Made by a program: the position numbers and the translations under genes. The notes under the pieces are model-generated. The model was not told the origin of the DNA and did no database searches. It was given only the letters and a program-made list of their open reading frames with translations. Positions 45,307 through 55,259 of a DNA stretch of 64,000 nt are shown in pieces (position 1 is the stretch's first letter; the number at the start of each line of letters is the position of its first letter). Location: contig USHV01000004.1 in NCBI GenBank assembly GCA_900554695.1, positions 17,159-81,158 on the forward strand, in the 5' to 3' direction. The DNA is from an uncultured Prevotella sp. GTDB lineage: Bacteria; Bacteroidota; Bacteroidia; Bacteroidales; Bacteroidaceae.

Positions 45307-47166
45307 TTATTGGTGCCCGAACTTCTTTCCGGCGAGCAGTTCTTTTAGCAGGAACGTCGCGTTCTGGTTGCGTGCCACGCCCGGAGTTATCTTGTAGCTG
45401 TAGGTCACGTCGGTGCCCAGCTCAATCTCGAAGCAATAGTTGTGGAAGCGTCCGGCGTGTTCGTCGGCCATGCGTGAGAGTTCAAGGTCGTGCGTGGCGA
45501 TGACTCCCGTGACGTTGCGGCCGGATATGTATTCGAGGAAAAGGCGCGAACCGTTGAGCTTGTCGGCCGAGTTCGTGCCTTTAAGTATCTCATCGAGTAT
45601 TATCAATGTGTTCTTGTGTTTAGGGCAGAAGTCTATGAGCTGACGGAGACGGAGCAGTTCTGCGTTGAAGTAACTGATGCCTCGGGTGAGGTCGTCGGTG
45701 GTGCGCATACTGGTGAACAGTGCGAACACCGACACGCGCAGGCTGTCGGCAAACACAGGCATGCCGTTCATTGCAAGAATGTAGTTTATGCCGAGCGAAC
45801 GCAGGAAGGTGCTCTTGCCTGCCATGTTGGCGCCTGTCACGATGTAGTAGTTGCTGTTCACTATGCTGAAATCGTTCTTCACGGCCTTGCGTCCGAGGAA
45901 AGGATGATAGAGTCCGCGGGCTTCGTAAACCACTTCGTCGCCGTCGGCGATGACCGCGCTGCCGGCTTCCGGTTCGTTATATCGGAATGTTGCCATCGAC
46001 ACAAGTGCATCGATGCGATTCATAGCGTCCACCCACGTACCGATGCTGTCGAGATATTTTCCCTGCCATTTGAGGAAATGGCGAAGGAGGAAATAGTCGT
46101 TGAGGAGGAACATGTCGAATATGATGAGGCCGAGAATGTTGCCACGACGATCCAAAGCTTTTAATATCTGCTCCGTTTCATGGAATGAATAGATTGCCCC
46201 GTCGAGTTGGCTGACAAGTCGTTGCAGTTCTGCCGATTGTAATAATGAACTTTTGCTTTCGTCCGAAGACTGTTCACTGTTGCGCAGGCTGTCGGCATGG
46301 CGTATTATATTTACGTAATGTTTCATACGGTTCTGCAGATTGTCCACTTCTTTACTTATCTTTCTTAGCGGACCGGAGCACAGCATCAGCACTGTGAAAA
46401 ACTGCAATACGCCCCACAATGACGGCACACTGGAAGGCAACAAACCGAACACCGACAGCAGTATGCTGACGTAGAAGCCAATCAAGGATACCATTGCCAG
46501 AGTGAAGACCGGCACTGACAGTGGAGCGCGCGATATGTTCATAGTGCGCACCGACTGCAATGATGCGACGATGGCATCGGTATCTATCGGCTCGGTTGCG
46601 CCCGAAGCGAGATATCTTATGCGCCATTCCGGCATTCCGGCCAGTTCGTCTATTGCCTCGCGTCGTTCGTCTATGAGTTGTCGGTTGATGGGTTTTCCAT
46701 CGAAAGGATCGCCAGACAGACTGCGTGCAAGGCAGTCGCTGCCTCCTGTGGTGAGTGTGCGGCACACGCGGTTATATAGCGATTCGCGTCCGAACACGTC
46801 CATGTCGAATGTGAACGGATGCGACGGGTCGGCATATCTTGCGCCGTCGTCGAAGCATTTGTAGTCGCCCGAAAGATAGCGTAACTCACGTACATGTACT
46901 CCGTGCAATGCCTCCAGCCATTCTATTCGACGCGAGTTTATCACGTCGAAACGCCTTATCACCACATACAGCACCAGCATGACGGCCGCCACAAACAGCG
47001 TCCACATGCCGCCATCGACGGCGGTATAGGCTGCCACGAAGGCTATGACGGCTATGAAAGTTATGATTTCACCTAATATAAAACCGCGGTTGCGGTGTTT
47101 CAACATGGCTATCTGCACCGCCAGGTGGTCGCGGTGACGGGTGTAATAATCCTTACGGTTGTCCAT
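45307..47166 (-). CDS. Membrane-anchored MutS-related ATPase (domain V only)
   Basis: TGANMAGKST, SYFNAE, ILDEILKGTNS, ATHD; N-terminal TM helices; no mismatch-recognition domain evident. Confidence 0.88.
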   Translation of the reverse strand: MDNRKDYYTRHRDHLAVQIAMLKHRNRGFILGEIITFIAVIAFVAAYTAVDGGMWTLFVAAVMLVLYVVIRRFDVINSRRIEWLEALHGVHVRELRYLSGDYKCFDDGARYADPSHPFTFDMDVFGRESLYNRVCRTLTTGGSDCLARSLSGDPFDGKPINRQLIDERREAIDELAGMPEWRIRYLASGATEPIDTDAIVASLQSVRTMNISRAPLSVPVFTLAMVSLIGFYVSILLSVFGLLPSSVPSLWGVLQFFTVLMLCSGPLRKISKEVDNLQNRMKHYVNIIRHADSLRNSEQSSDESKSSLLQSAELQRLVSQLDGAIYSFHETEQILKALDRRGNILGLIIFDMFLLNDYFLLRHFLKWQGKYLDSIGTWVDAMNRIDALVSMATFRYNEPEAGSAVIADGDEVVYEARGLYHPFLGRKAVKNDFSIVNSNYYIVTGANMAGKSTFLRSLGINYILAMNGMPVFADSLRVSVFALFTSMRTTDDLTRGISYFNAELLRLRQLIDFCPKHKNTLIILDEILKGTNSADKLNGSRLFLEYISGRNVTGVIATHDLELSRMADEHAGRFHNYCFEIELGTDVTYSYKITPGVARNQNATFLLKELLAGKKFGHQ

Positions 47167-47515
47167 CAGTAATCAGTAAACAGTGTGTGTCAATAATTAT
47201 AATAAAAATAACTTTGCTTTGATGTATTGTCAGAGTATCTGAATATGGCTTTTTCAAAAAGCCGGCTCCGGCATACGATGACAAAGTTACAACTAAAAAG
47301 AAACATATCAGTCGCCTTTTCGTTTTAATAGTAATAAAAGCGATTTTTTAACAGAGCTGTGATTGAATGTGTCTGTATGAGGCCGTGAAAACGCCGTTGT
47401 GAACGGATGAGACTGCGGAATAGCGATGTTTGTCGGGTGTCGTGTACTGCTGTATAATATATTGATTATCAGCCGGAAATGTGGCTTTTGATTTATGATT
47501 CCAGACATACGGGCA

Positions 47516-47581
47516 TAAAAAAAGGACTCCGCTGAGTCCCAAAACCTTTGTTAACCTTAAATCTAATACCATGAAAAACGC
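47516..47581 (-). ncRNA. Candidate small RNA, copy 2
   Basis: Minus strand TATCTTTG-CA-GCGTTTTTCATGGTATTAGATTTAAGGTTAACAAAGG...GGGACTC-AGCG-GAGTCC-TTTTTTT. Confidence 0.7.
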
Positions 47582-47786
47582 TGCAAAGATATGTAACTCT
47601 TGTTACATTTGCAAGTTTTTTATGTGATTTTCTTGCATATTTTATGTTTTTTAACCCATTTGTCCGTAATTGTCAATATATCTTTTCATTACGACGTTTT
47701 TATCAGCTTGACTTATAGGATAAATGTCTTTTTCGGGTTGAGGCATAATAACACATAACTCATATATACAGAGTGAGTTGTATGTC

Positions 47787-49025
47787 TCATTTGTCCTGAC
47801 TTCTCACCCACTGCATGACGTTTGCCGGCGGACGCCGGTTGAGCAGTTCGTTACGCATGAAATCCATGTAGGGAGCCGTGTGTTCGAAGTAGCGGCGGTA
47901 GGCGGAGCACATGTAGTTGAGGCCCGACTCGCCGTCGGCTGTGGTGAGAAAGCGGTCCTTGGGGCATCCGCCGTTGCACACTTTCAGCCATCCGCACTCA
48001 CGGCACTGGCGCGGCAGACTTGCTCTTTTGGCCTCGCCGAACTCCTGCTGACGGCGGCTGTACATCATGGATGTGAGTGTATCGGTGCGGATGTTGCCGA
48101 GTTTGTATTCCGGGAATACGAAATGGTCGCACGAATACACATCGCCGTTGAACTCCATTACGGCCGCATGGCCGCACGAGTCGGCCAGGGCGCACACGCC
48201 GGGTTGCTGACCTGTCCACAGCGCAAGGGTCGAGTCGAACAGCTGTATGAATGTCTGTCCCACGTCGTTGCGCACCCATTCGTCGAAAATGTCGCACACG
48301 AAGCGTCCGTACTGTTCTGGAGTGACGGAGAAAGACGCCAACTTTCCTTCAGCACTGTTGTCGGCCGGCGACGCCAGATGTCGACCGTCAGCGTGTGGGA
48401 GAATACGCTCTATTATCGGCGCGAACTGTATGTAGCGTGCGCCTATCGACTTGAAGAAGTTGTAGAACTCGAGCGGATAGTCGGCGTTGAAGTCGTTTAC
48501 CACAGCCATAGCGTTCCATTCCACGCCGTGCTTGTTCAGTAGCCGTATGCCGCGCATCACCTTGTCGAACGACGGACCTCCGCCCCGCGTGCGGCGATAT
48601 TCGTCGTGAAACTCCTTGGGTCCGTCGATGGATATGCCTATCAGAAAGTTGTTGCGTCTGAAAAACTCGCACCATTCGTCTGTGAGCAGCGTGCCGTTGG
48701 TCTGCAGACAGTTGTCTATCATGTGTCCGCGGGCATATTGACGCTGCAGGCGCAGCGCCTTTTCGTAGAACGATATGGGCCGCATCAGCGGTTCGCCTCC
48801 GTGCCATGAGAAGAGCACCTGCGGCTGAGTCTGCGCCTCGATGTACTGGCGTGTGAACTTCTCGAGCAGCTCGTCGCTCAGCGTCATGCGGCTTCCTGCA
48901 CCTTGGGCACGGTACATATCGCTCTTCTCGGTGTAATAACAATATTCGCAATTAAGGTTGCAGAGTGAGCTCGCCGGTTTAAGCATGACATATAGCGGAC
49001 GGGCGAATGGAGCGTATGCGGGCAT
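47787..49025 (-). CDS. Anaerobic sulfatase-maturating radical SAM/SPASM enzyme (anSME, ChuR/AslB-like)
   Basis: CNLNCEYC, WHGGEP, QTNGTLL, GDVYSCDHFV, CRECGWLKVCNGGCPK. Confidence 0.92.
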   Translation of the reverse strand: MPAYAPFARPLYVMLKPASSLCNLNCEYCYYTEKSDMYRAQGAGSRMTLSDELLEKFTRQYIEAQTQPQVLFSWHGGEPLMRPISFYEKALRLQRQYARGHMIDNCLQTNGTLLTDEWCEFFRRNNFLIGISIDGPKEFHDEYRRTRGGGPSFDKVMRGIRLLNKHGVEWNAMAVVNDFNADYPLEFYNFFKSIGARYIQFAPIIERILPHADGRHLASPADNSAEGKLASFSVTPEQYGRFVCDIFDEWVRNDVGQTFIQLFDSTLALWTGQQPGVCALADSCGHAAVMEFNGDVYSCDHFVFPEYKLGNIRTDTLTSMMYSRRQQEFGEAKRASLPRQCRECGWLKVCNGGCPKDRFLTTADGESGLNYMCSAYRRYFEHTAPYMDFMRNELLNRRPPANVMQWVRSQDK

Positions 49026-49222
49026 TTTATGAATGTTTAAGGTGATGTGTCGGTTAATAATGATACTTTCATTGCAAATTTAATCAAACTTTCCTTATCT
49101 TCCAACATTGTGTCAAATATATTACGTCAATATGGAATTAAATACATACCTTTGCACAAGAAACCATGCGGAAAGCCCATGAAGACTGACATACGTCCGC
49201 ATTACTGTAACCGAAAACGTAT

Positions 49223-50017
49223 ATGATAAGATTCAGACAGATACTGGCCGTGGCGGTGATGTTGCTCCTGCCGCTGACGTCCGGCGCCGAAGAGACAGAC
49301 TCTCTGCGCATGTTGTGGATAGGCAACAGCTACACGTTCTTCAATGACTTGCCGTCGATTGTCCGCGACATTGCGGCATCGCAGGGCATGAAACTGAGCA
49401 TGACGACCGTGCTTAAAGGCGGAGAGCACCTGTCGGGACATCTCCGCAATCCGCGTCTGCACGAGCTGTTGAAGCGCGGAGGATGGGATTACGTGATAAT
49501 ACAGGAGTTCAGTGCCGGTCCGGCGGCCGACACACGCACCGTCGCACGCACGGTATATCCTTACGCACGGACGATAGACAGTCTGGCGGTGAAGTATTCG
49601 CCTGACGCCAAGGTGATGTTCTACATGACCTGGGGACACAAGTACGGCAATGTCTACAAGAACGACTACGCCCTTGACGATGACTATCAGACCATGCAGG
49701 AACGTCTCAAGACATCCTATCTCGAGATGGCCCACGACAACGACGCGTGGTGTGCGCCCGTCGGCATGGCGTGGCAGACTGTGAGACGTGAGCATCCCGA
49801 ATACGTGCTTTATGCCCCTGACTGTTTCCATCCGTCGCCGGTGGGCAGCTATCTTGCCGCCAACGTGATATTCACCACAATATGGCAGCGTCCTTATCAG
49901 ACCGACGTCACTCGCGGGCTGCCCGTTTCCCAGGCCGAGACATTGCAGCAGACGGCGCAGCGGACGGTATTGGATAACATGCGGTTGCTGAACATTAAAG
50001 ACAACAAAGAAAAATAA
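49223..50017 (+). CDS. SGNH/GDSL-like hydrolase, secreted
   Basis: WIGNSYT, WDYVIIQE, DCFHPS. Confidence 0.8.
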   Translation: MIRFRQILAVAVMLLLPLTSGAEETDSLRMLWIGNSYTFFNDLPSIVRDIAASQGMKLSMTTVLKGGEHLSGHLRNPRLHELLKRGGWDYVIIQEFSAGPAADTRTVARTVYPYARTIDSLAVKYSPDAKVMFYMTWGHKYGNVYKNDYALDDDYQTMQERLKTSYLEMAHDNDAWCAPVGMAWQTVRREHPEYVLYAPDCFHPSPVGSYLAANVIFTTIWQRPYQTDVTRGLPVSQAETLQQTAQRTVLDNMRLLNIKDNKEK

Positions 50018-50095
50018 ACAGATAACGGCGGACTGAACGTCAGGACATTCGATGGAAGAGTGTGGCTCCGGACAAGATGCCAATAAAAAACAGAA

Positions 50096-51307
50096 ATGAA
50101 AACAAAGAAAACATCATTAAGCAGCAGACGCTATCTCGTGCCGTTCGTGCTGATCACCTCACTGTTCTTCATGTGGGGTTTTGCGAGAGCCATCCTCGAT
50201 GTGCTGAACAAACATTTTCAGAATGAGCTTGACATCAACATCGCCCAGTCGGCGCTCATTCAGGTTACGACCTATCTCGGATATTTCATCATGGCGATAC
50301 CTGCCGGACTGTTCATCAACCGTTTCGGCTATCGCAGGGGAGTCATCACCGGTCTGATTATTTTCGGACTCGGCTCGCTGCTTTTCATTCCGTGTTCGGC
50401 GGCAGGCACGTTCCACGCCTTTCTCGCCGCGCTGTTCGTGATAGGTTGCGGACTCGTATTCCTTGAGACGTCGGCCAATCCATACGTCACCGAGCTTGGT
50501 CCAAGGGAGACAGCCACGAGCCGACTGAACTTCTCGCAGTCGTTCAACGGCCTGGGATGCATGGCTGCCACGTTCGGCGTAGGTTCGTTCCTGTTTGGCA
50601 AGGGCGGCACAGAGGGCAACGTGGTTGTGCCATACACCATAATGGGAGTGGTGGTCCTGCTGATTGCGGCAGTCTTTTCGCGTGTGCAGCTGCCGGAGAT
50701 TGCCCACGAGGACGACAGCACTTCTTCCGACGGAAAAGGCAACCTCGCCAAGCTGTGGCGCAACCATTGGTTCGTGTTCGGGCTCGCAGCGCTGTTGGCC
50801 TACGAGGTGGCCGAGATATCGATAAACAGCTATTTCATCAACTTTGTAACCGGACAGGGATGGATGGGCGACCGTGAGGCGTCGATGGTCATCACCGGCG
50901 CGCTTGCCGTATTCATGCTCGGCCGCTTCATAGGCAGCTGGATCATGAGCAGGGTGGCGGCAGAGAAGATGCTGTTCTGGTGCGCCTTGGGAACTGTCGT
51001 GTGCATGATTGTCGTGCTTGCCGATTTCGGTCGCATATCGCTTGTGGCTCTGCTCTGCAACTATATGTTCGAGGCAATAATGTTCCCCACAATCTTCTCG
51101 CTTACGCTTCGCGGTCTCGGCGGACTGACAAAGAGTGCTTCGTCCATACTCATGATGACTCCGGTGGGCGGTTGCGCGTTCCTTCTCATGGGTATAGTTG
51201 CCGACAACACCAACACCATCATTCCGTTCGTAATACCTCTGATAGGCTTTGCCGTTGTGCTGGCATACGCTTTCAGACTGACGGTTGGCGCGCGCAGCGG
51301 TAAATGA
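50096..51307 (+). CDS. FucP/GluP-family sugar MFS transporter
   Basis: SLFFMWGF, LETSANPYV, SQSFNGLG, IMFPTIF. Confidence 0.88.
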   Translation: MKTKKTSLSSRRYLVPFVLITSLFFMWGFARAILDVLNKHFQNELDINIAQSALIQVTTYLGYFIMAIPAGLFINRFGYRRGVITGLIIFGLGSLLFIPCSAAGTFHAFLAALFVIGCGLVFLETSANPYVTELGPRETATSRLNFSQSFNGLGCMAATFGVGSFLFGKGGTEGNVVVPYTIMGVVVLLIAAVFSRVQLPEIAHEDDSTSSDGKGNLAKLWRNHWFVFGLAALLAYEVAEISINSYFINFVTGQGWMGDREASMVITGALAVFMLGRFIGSWIMSRVAAEKMLFWCALGTVVCMIVVLADFGRISLVALLCNYMFEAIMFPTIFSLTLRGLGGLTKSASSILMMTPVGGCAFLLMGIVADNTNTIIPFVIPLIGFAVVLAYAFRLTVGARSGK

Positions 51308-51387
51308 CCGGTTATTAATTTGCATTATTGGCGGATAAGCCATGCCGCGGTTTGCGGCGTGTGCTCCGCAGAAATATATTATACGGA

Positions 51388-51428
51388 GCGGAGGCGCGAT
51401 ACATGTCGCGCCTCCGCTTTTGCTTTTT
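51388..51428 (+). terminator. Intrinsic terminator after the MFS gene
   Basis: AGCGGAGGCGCGA...TCGCGCCTCCGCT followed by T tract. Confidence 0.85.
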
Positions 51429-51520
51429 CATATCGACATGACGACGTGGTGGAATTTCGGCGCGTATAGTGTTTAATAAGGAGGTGCGGCATTACTCACG
51501 GATGATCATTGTTTTCGACA

Positions 51521-51985
51521 GCCGGGAATAAACCTATATGGGCAGCTTTCAAATTGTAACCGGATTTTGATTTTTCGGGTTTGGTTTCCCACTATACCCC
51601 GAAAAATAAGCGCATATTTGCGGACAAAGTCTCCGTCGGGCGCAAATACGCGAAAAATAAGAGGACTTTATAAGATATTGAATATCAATGATTTATGTTT
51701 AAGGGGTATTTCTTCGCCTTGCAAAAAGCACCATTTCGGCTTGCGAAATGGGCCATTTCAGGGGCTGAAAAGCACCATATCGCACTCTGATATGGGCTTA
51801 ATCGCACTGCGAAATGGGCAATATTGGAAAGCATAATGAACTTTTCCGGACTATGGTATGGGGTATATCAAAAGACTATAAGGCCTGGAATGACCTCGGA
51901 TATGCCAGATTTAACATTCCTTTACATCTATTTCGCGAAAATATTTTGTCAAAATAAAATCAAGAAAAATCGTAAGTTCGTCCTT
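51521..51985 (+). repeat. Dispersed ~460-bp intergenic element, copy B, with 5x22-bp array (51721-51830)
   Basis: Colinear with 7101-7565; units start 51721, 51743, 51765, 51787, 51809. Confidence 0.85.
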
Positions 51986-52197
51986 TGATTTGCCTTCAAA
52001 AACGGTGATATCAGGTGATATGCAAGACAGGGTAAATTTATGGTATGTATTAAATGTTTACGGCCCCGGTCAGTGTTTCGTTTCACTGACCGAGGCCGTA
52101 TGTGTGTTGCAGCTTTTCAGACTGTGGATTTTTCATCCTTGTCAGAGCGCATACCAGATGTCAGCTGCTTGCGGAGAGCGGTGTGCGTATGGTCTTT

Positions 52198-53805
52198 TCA
52201 GACAGTCTGAGTGCCTTTCTTTATTTCCTTTTCAATCTTTTGGTCGCCCCACATCAGAGTGAGTGTGAACGGAGTGTTGGTGGTTATTGTCACCTTTGGT
52301 TTCTCGTCGGCAGAGCTGCGGCGCGCCACCTTGAACGAGATGAGGCCATCGGCGCCGTAAGGATAGCGGTCGATGCCGTAGCCGTCGGTCAGGTTCACGT
52401 CGAGCGTTATGTTGTTTTCCTGCACGTTGGCACGTATTCCGAATATGTATTCAATGAGTTCAGCGATTGGCGGCAGGCCCGTCCAGCCCACGAAGTCCTT
52501 GCGAGCCATGAATCCGGGCTCGGCATTCTCCGGTGCGTAATATTCCCAGAATGTGCCAGTCTTCTCGAATACCTTCAGCACGTTGTTGTAATGGTTCATG
52601 GTGATGTCGTATGCCAGACGGCGGTAGCCTTTGTCAACGAGACCGGAGATGACCATGTAGTTCGTGCCAGGCCATACTCCTCCGCGCCAGTAACGGCCGT
52701 TGGCCTTGTACTTGGGATTGTCGGCTGCGAGCGATGCCACGCGGTGAGGACGGTTGAACTTGGTGGTGTCCTCGAGATGGCTCACCAGTGCGTCGAGCCT
52801 ATCTTTGGGCAGCACGTCGGTGTGAAGCGCCCAGTAGGCATAGATGCCCTGCGTGGTGCTGAGGCTGTTGTCGGCATACTGGTCGTAGAGGAAGTGGTCC
52901 TTCTCGCTCCACATATTGTTGTTTATATATTCCGACAGTTTCTTTATGTCGTCCTCAAACTCCTCTATCTCCTGCCAGCGTTCCAGATAGAAGCCCATTT
53001 TCAGCAGTATGTCTGCCACCATTATCTGCTGGAGGCATGCGTCGAGCCATATCATGTGGCCGTTGCTGTATATGGTGTTGTAGCCTTCGGGCACGCGCGG
53101 CATGTTGTCCATGCCCGTTCCCCATCCGCTGCTCCAGTAGGTGCCGTTGCGCCATGTGCGGTTGAGCTTCAGCCATTTGTAGTAGGCGGCGAGCACTGGG
53201 AACACCTTGTTCAGACGGTTGTCGTCGCCGAACTGTGTGTAGTATTTCCATTCCGACCACGGCAGCAGGTTGGGTCCGGTGCTCGTAGGGTCGTAGCGGC
53301 TGAAGCAGTCGGAGCCGTCGGCGCGTATCTCGCGGCAGATGAAGCCGTCGGGATGCTGCTTGGCGTAGAAGTTGTCGAGAGTTTTCTGGAACGGGAAGAA
53401 GTTGCGGCCATAGCGGCAGAACATTGTTATGAACGCGTCGTCCCACATGAATATGTTGCCGTTGTAGGCCGGGGCGATGTAGCTTGTGACGAATCCCGAG
53501 TCGTCGAGCGGCTGGCAGATGTTCTTTATTCCTATCTGCCATGCCTTCCAGTACATTTCAATCTCCTTGTCGTGACCGTCCCAATATGGAGCGGGCAGAA
53601 CCTTCCTGGCCTGTTCGAACGTGCCCGGTGTGGTCTTTTCCACCTTTGCCGTGCGGAAGGTGTTCTCGGCTACGAGCGTCTGCATGACGTATGTGTTCTT
53701 GTACGGCAGCTTGTACAGCGGCGAACCGGACGATATCAGGTTCTGTGCGCCGGCCGTTGTCGTGATTGCGGCGAGCGCAATTACCATTATGCTTTTTCTT
53801 ATCAT
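52198..53805 (-). CDS. GH63/MGH1-like (alpha/alpha)6 glycoside hydrolase, secreted
   Basis: FMWDDAF, GTGMDNMPR, YWRGGVW, FWEYY, DFVGWT; likely start MIRKSIMV at 53805. Confidence 0.82.
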   Translation of the reverse strand: MIRKSIMVIALAAITTTAGAQNLISSGSPLYKLPYKNTYVMQTLVAENTFRTAKVEKTTPGTFEQARKVLPAPYWDGHDKEIEMYWKAWQIGIKNICQPLDDSGFVTSYIAPAYNGNIFMWDDAFITMFCRYGRNFFPFQKTLDNFYAKQHPDGFICREIRADGSDCFSRYDPTSTGPNLLPWSEWKYYTQFGDDNRLNKVFPVLAAYYKWLKLNRTWRNGTYWSSGWGTGMDNMPRVPEGYNTIYSNGHMIWLDACLQQIMVADILLKMGFYLERWQEIEEFEDDIKKLSEYINNNMWSEKDHFLYDQYADNSLSTTQGIYAYWALHTDVLPKDRLDALVSHLEDTTKFNRPHRVASLAADNPKYKANGRYWRGGVWPGTNYMVISGLVDKGYRRLAYDITMNHYNNVLKVFEKTGTFWEYYAPENAEPGFMARKDFVGWTGLPPIAELIEYIFGIRANVQENNITLDVNLTDGYGIDRYPYGADGLISFKVARRSSADEKPKVTITTNTPFTLTLMWGDQKIEKEIKKGTQTV

Positions 53806-53891
53806 GTTGTTTGTATGAGATGTTTTATCTGTCGGTTGTTTATGGCGCATGATGCCGGATGAGGCTTATACGTCTGTGCGTGGACACGTAA

Positions 53892-55019
53892 TCAGCGTTC
53901 CATCAGCGCCTTTATCTTCCAGAAAATGTCGGTGTTCTCCATTATGCCTGTGAAGTTCTCCGCTCCCGGACCGAACGCATAGACAGGTACCATCACGCCG
54001 GAGTGGCTGCCGGTGGAGAAGCGGCAGGTTATCTTTCCCTGCTCTTTGTCGCCGTCGATGAGCGTCAGTCCGCCCGTCTCATGGTCGGCTGTCACCACGA
54101 CAAGCGTCTCGCCGTCCTGCGCCGCCCATTTCATCACCTCGCCGATGGTGCGGTCGAAGTCGTGGGTTTCCTTCATCAGCATGTCCAGTTGGTTGAAGTG
54201 TCCGTAGTCGTCGAGTTGCGATCCTTCTATCATCATGAAGAAACCGTTCTTGTTCTGGTTCATGAGCGATATGCCTTTGAGTGATGCACGTGCCAGAAGG
54301 TCGCCGCGCTCGTCGGGCAGGGGAGTGTCCACGTCGTAGGGAACGGCGAACACCTTGCCTTTGTTCCATGCCGAGAGGTCGTCCCATGAGCGTGATATGT
54401 GGTAGCCTTTCTGCTTCAGCTCGTCGAAGATGTTGCGGCCGTCCTTGCGGTTGGTGAAGTATTTTGCGCCGCCGCCGAACGCATAGTCAATGCCGCAGTC
54501 AACATAGTCGGCTATGATTTCCTGCTCATTGTCGCGGTCGGAGTTGTGACAGCAGAAGTCGGCTGGCGTGGCATCCCACAGGCGGCAAGTCACGGCTATG
54601 CCCGCATCCTTGCCGAGCGACTTTGCCACATCGCACAGAGTGGTGAGCGGTTTGCCGTCCGGATCTACTCCCACAGAGTGGTATTTGGTCTTGTGTCCGG
54701 TTGCCAATGCGGTGCCGCCTGCTCCTGAGTCGGTGATGAGTTTGTCCGTGCAGTAGGTCTTCGACAGTCCGGTGTATTGCGCGTTTTCCAGCCACAGCCG
54801 GCCGTGGTTGGCTGTCCATGCCGAATATACGTGCATAAGGCTCATGCCGTCGCCTATCATCAGTATCACGTTTTTCACCTTCTTGCCCTGTGGCGGAATG
54901 ATTTTCTCCACCTTGTACGGATTCTCGCAGATGTATGTCTGCGGCTTGTCGTTTTGTGCTATTGCCGGAAGCATCGCCAGCATAAGGGCACATGATAGCA
55001 GAATACTTCTGATATTCAT
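53892..55019 (-). CDS. Alkaline phosphatase
   Basis: ILMIGDGM, TDSGAGGTALATG, MIEGSQLDDYGH, TADHETGG. Confidence 0.92.
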   Translation of the reverse strand: MNIRSILLSCALMLAMLPAIAQNDKPQTYICENPYKVEKIIPPQGKKVKNVILMIGDGMSLMHVYSAWTANHGRLWLENAQYTGLSKTYCTDKLITDSGAGGTALATGHKTKYHSVGVDPDGKPLTTLCDVAKSLGKDAGIAVTCRLWDATPADFCCHNSDRDNEQEIIADYVDCGIDYAFGGGAKYFTNRKDGRNIFDELKQKGYHISRSWDDLSAWNKGKVFAVPYDVDTPLPDERGDLLARASLKGISLMNQNKNGFFMMIEGSQLDDYGHFNQLDMLMKETHDFDRTIGEVMKWAAQDGETLVVVTADHETGGLTLIDGDKEQGKITCRFSTGSHSGVMVPVYAFGPGAENFTGIMENTDIFWKIKALMER

Positions 55020-55259
55020 AATAGATAAGTTTTATTGTTGAGCGTATCGTGCGCCATGGCTTTTGTCGCATCAATTCATACGGCCGGCATACATACGCGT
55101 AATGACACAGACAAAGTTACAATTTTTTTGTTTATCATGGGCTTACGGCGGAAAATAAGTTGATGGGTTAGGGAAAGGAAAATAAAAAACGGGTGGAACG
55201 GACCGCCATATATCAATCCGTTCCATCCGTTTATGGTTATGCTCGTGGAGCACGTTTGT

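Noticed and set aside
47348..47572. ORF beginning MVLDLRLTK
   Set aside because: It runs through the sRNA terminator, and the paralogous copy diverges after about 9 codons
47787..49025. Radical SAM/SPASM enzyme as RiPP maturase for the 60833 peptide
   Set aside because: Motifs match anSME, there is no RRE domain, and it is about 12 kb away
52102..53862. 586-aa plus-strand ORF (likewise 31076-32086, 49202-50083, 50159-51343, 58214-59122)
   Set aside because: Antisense shadows of well-supported GC3-rich genes with no recognisable motifs
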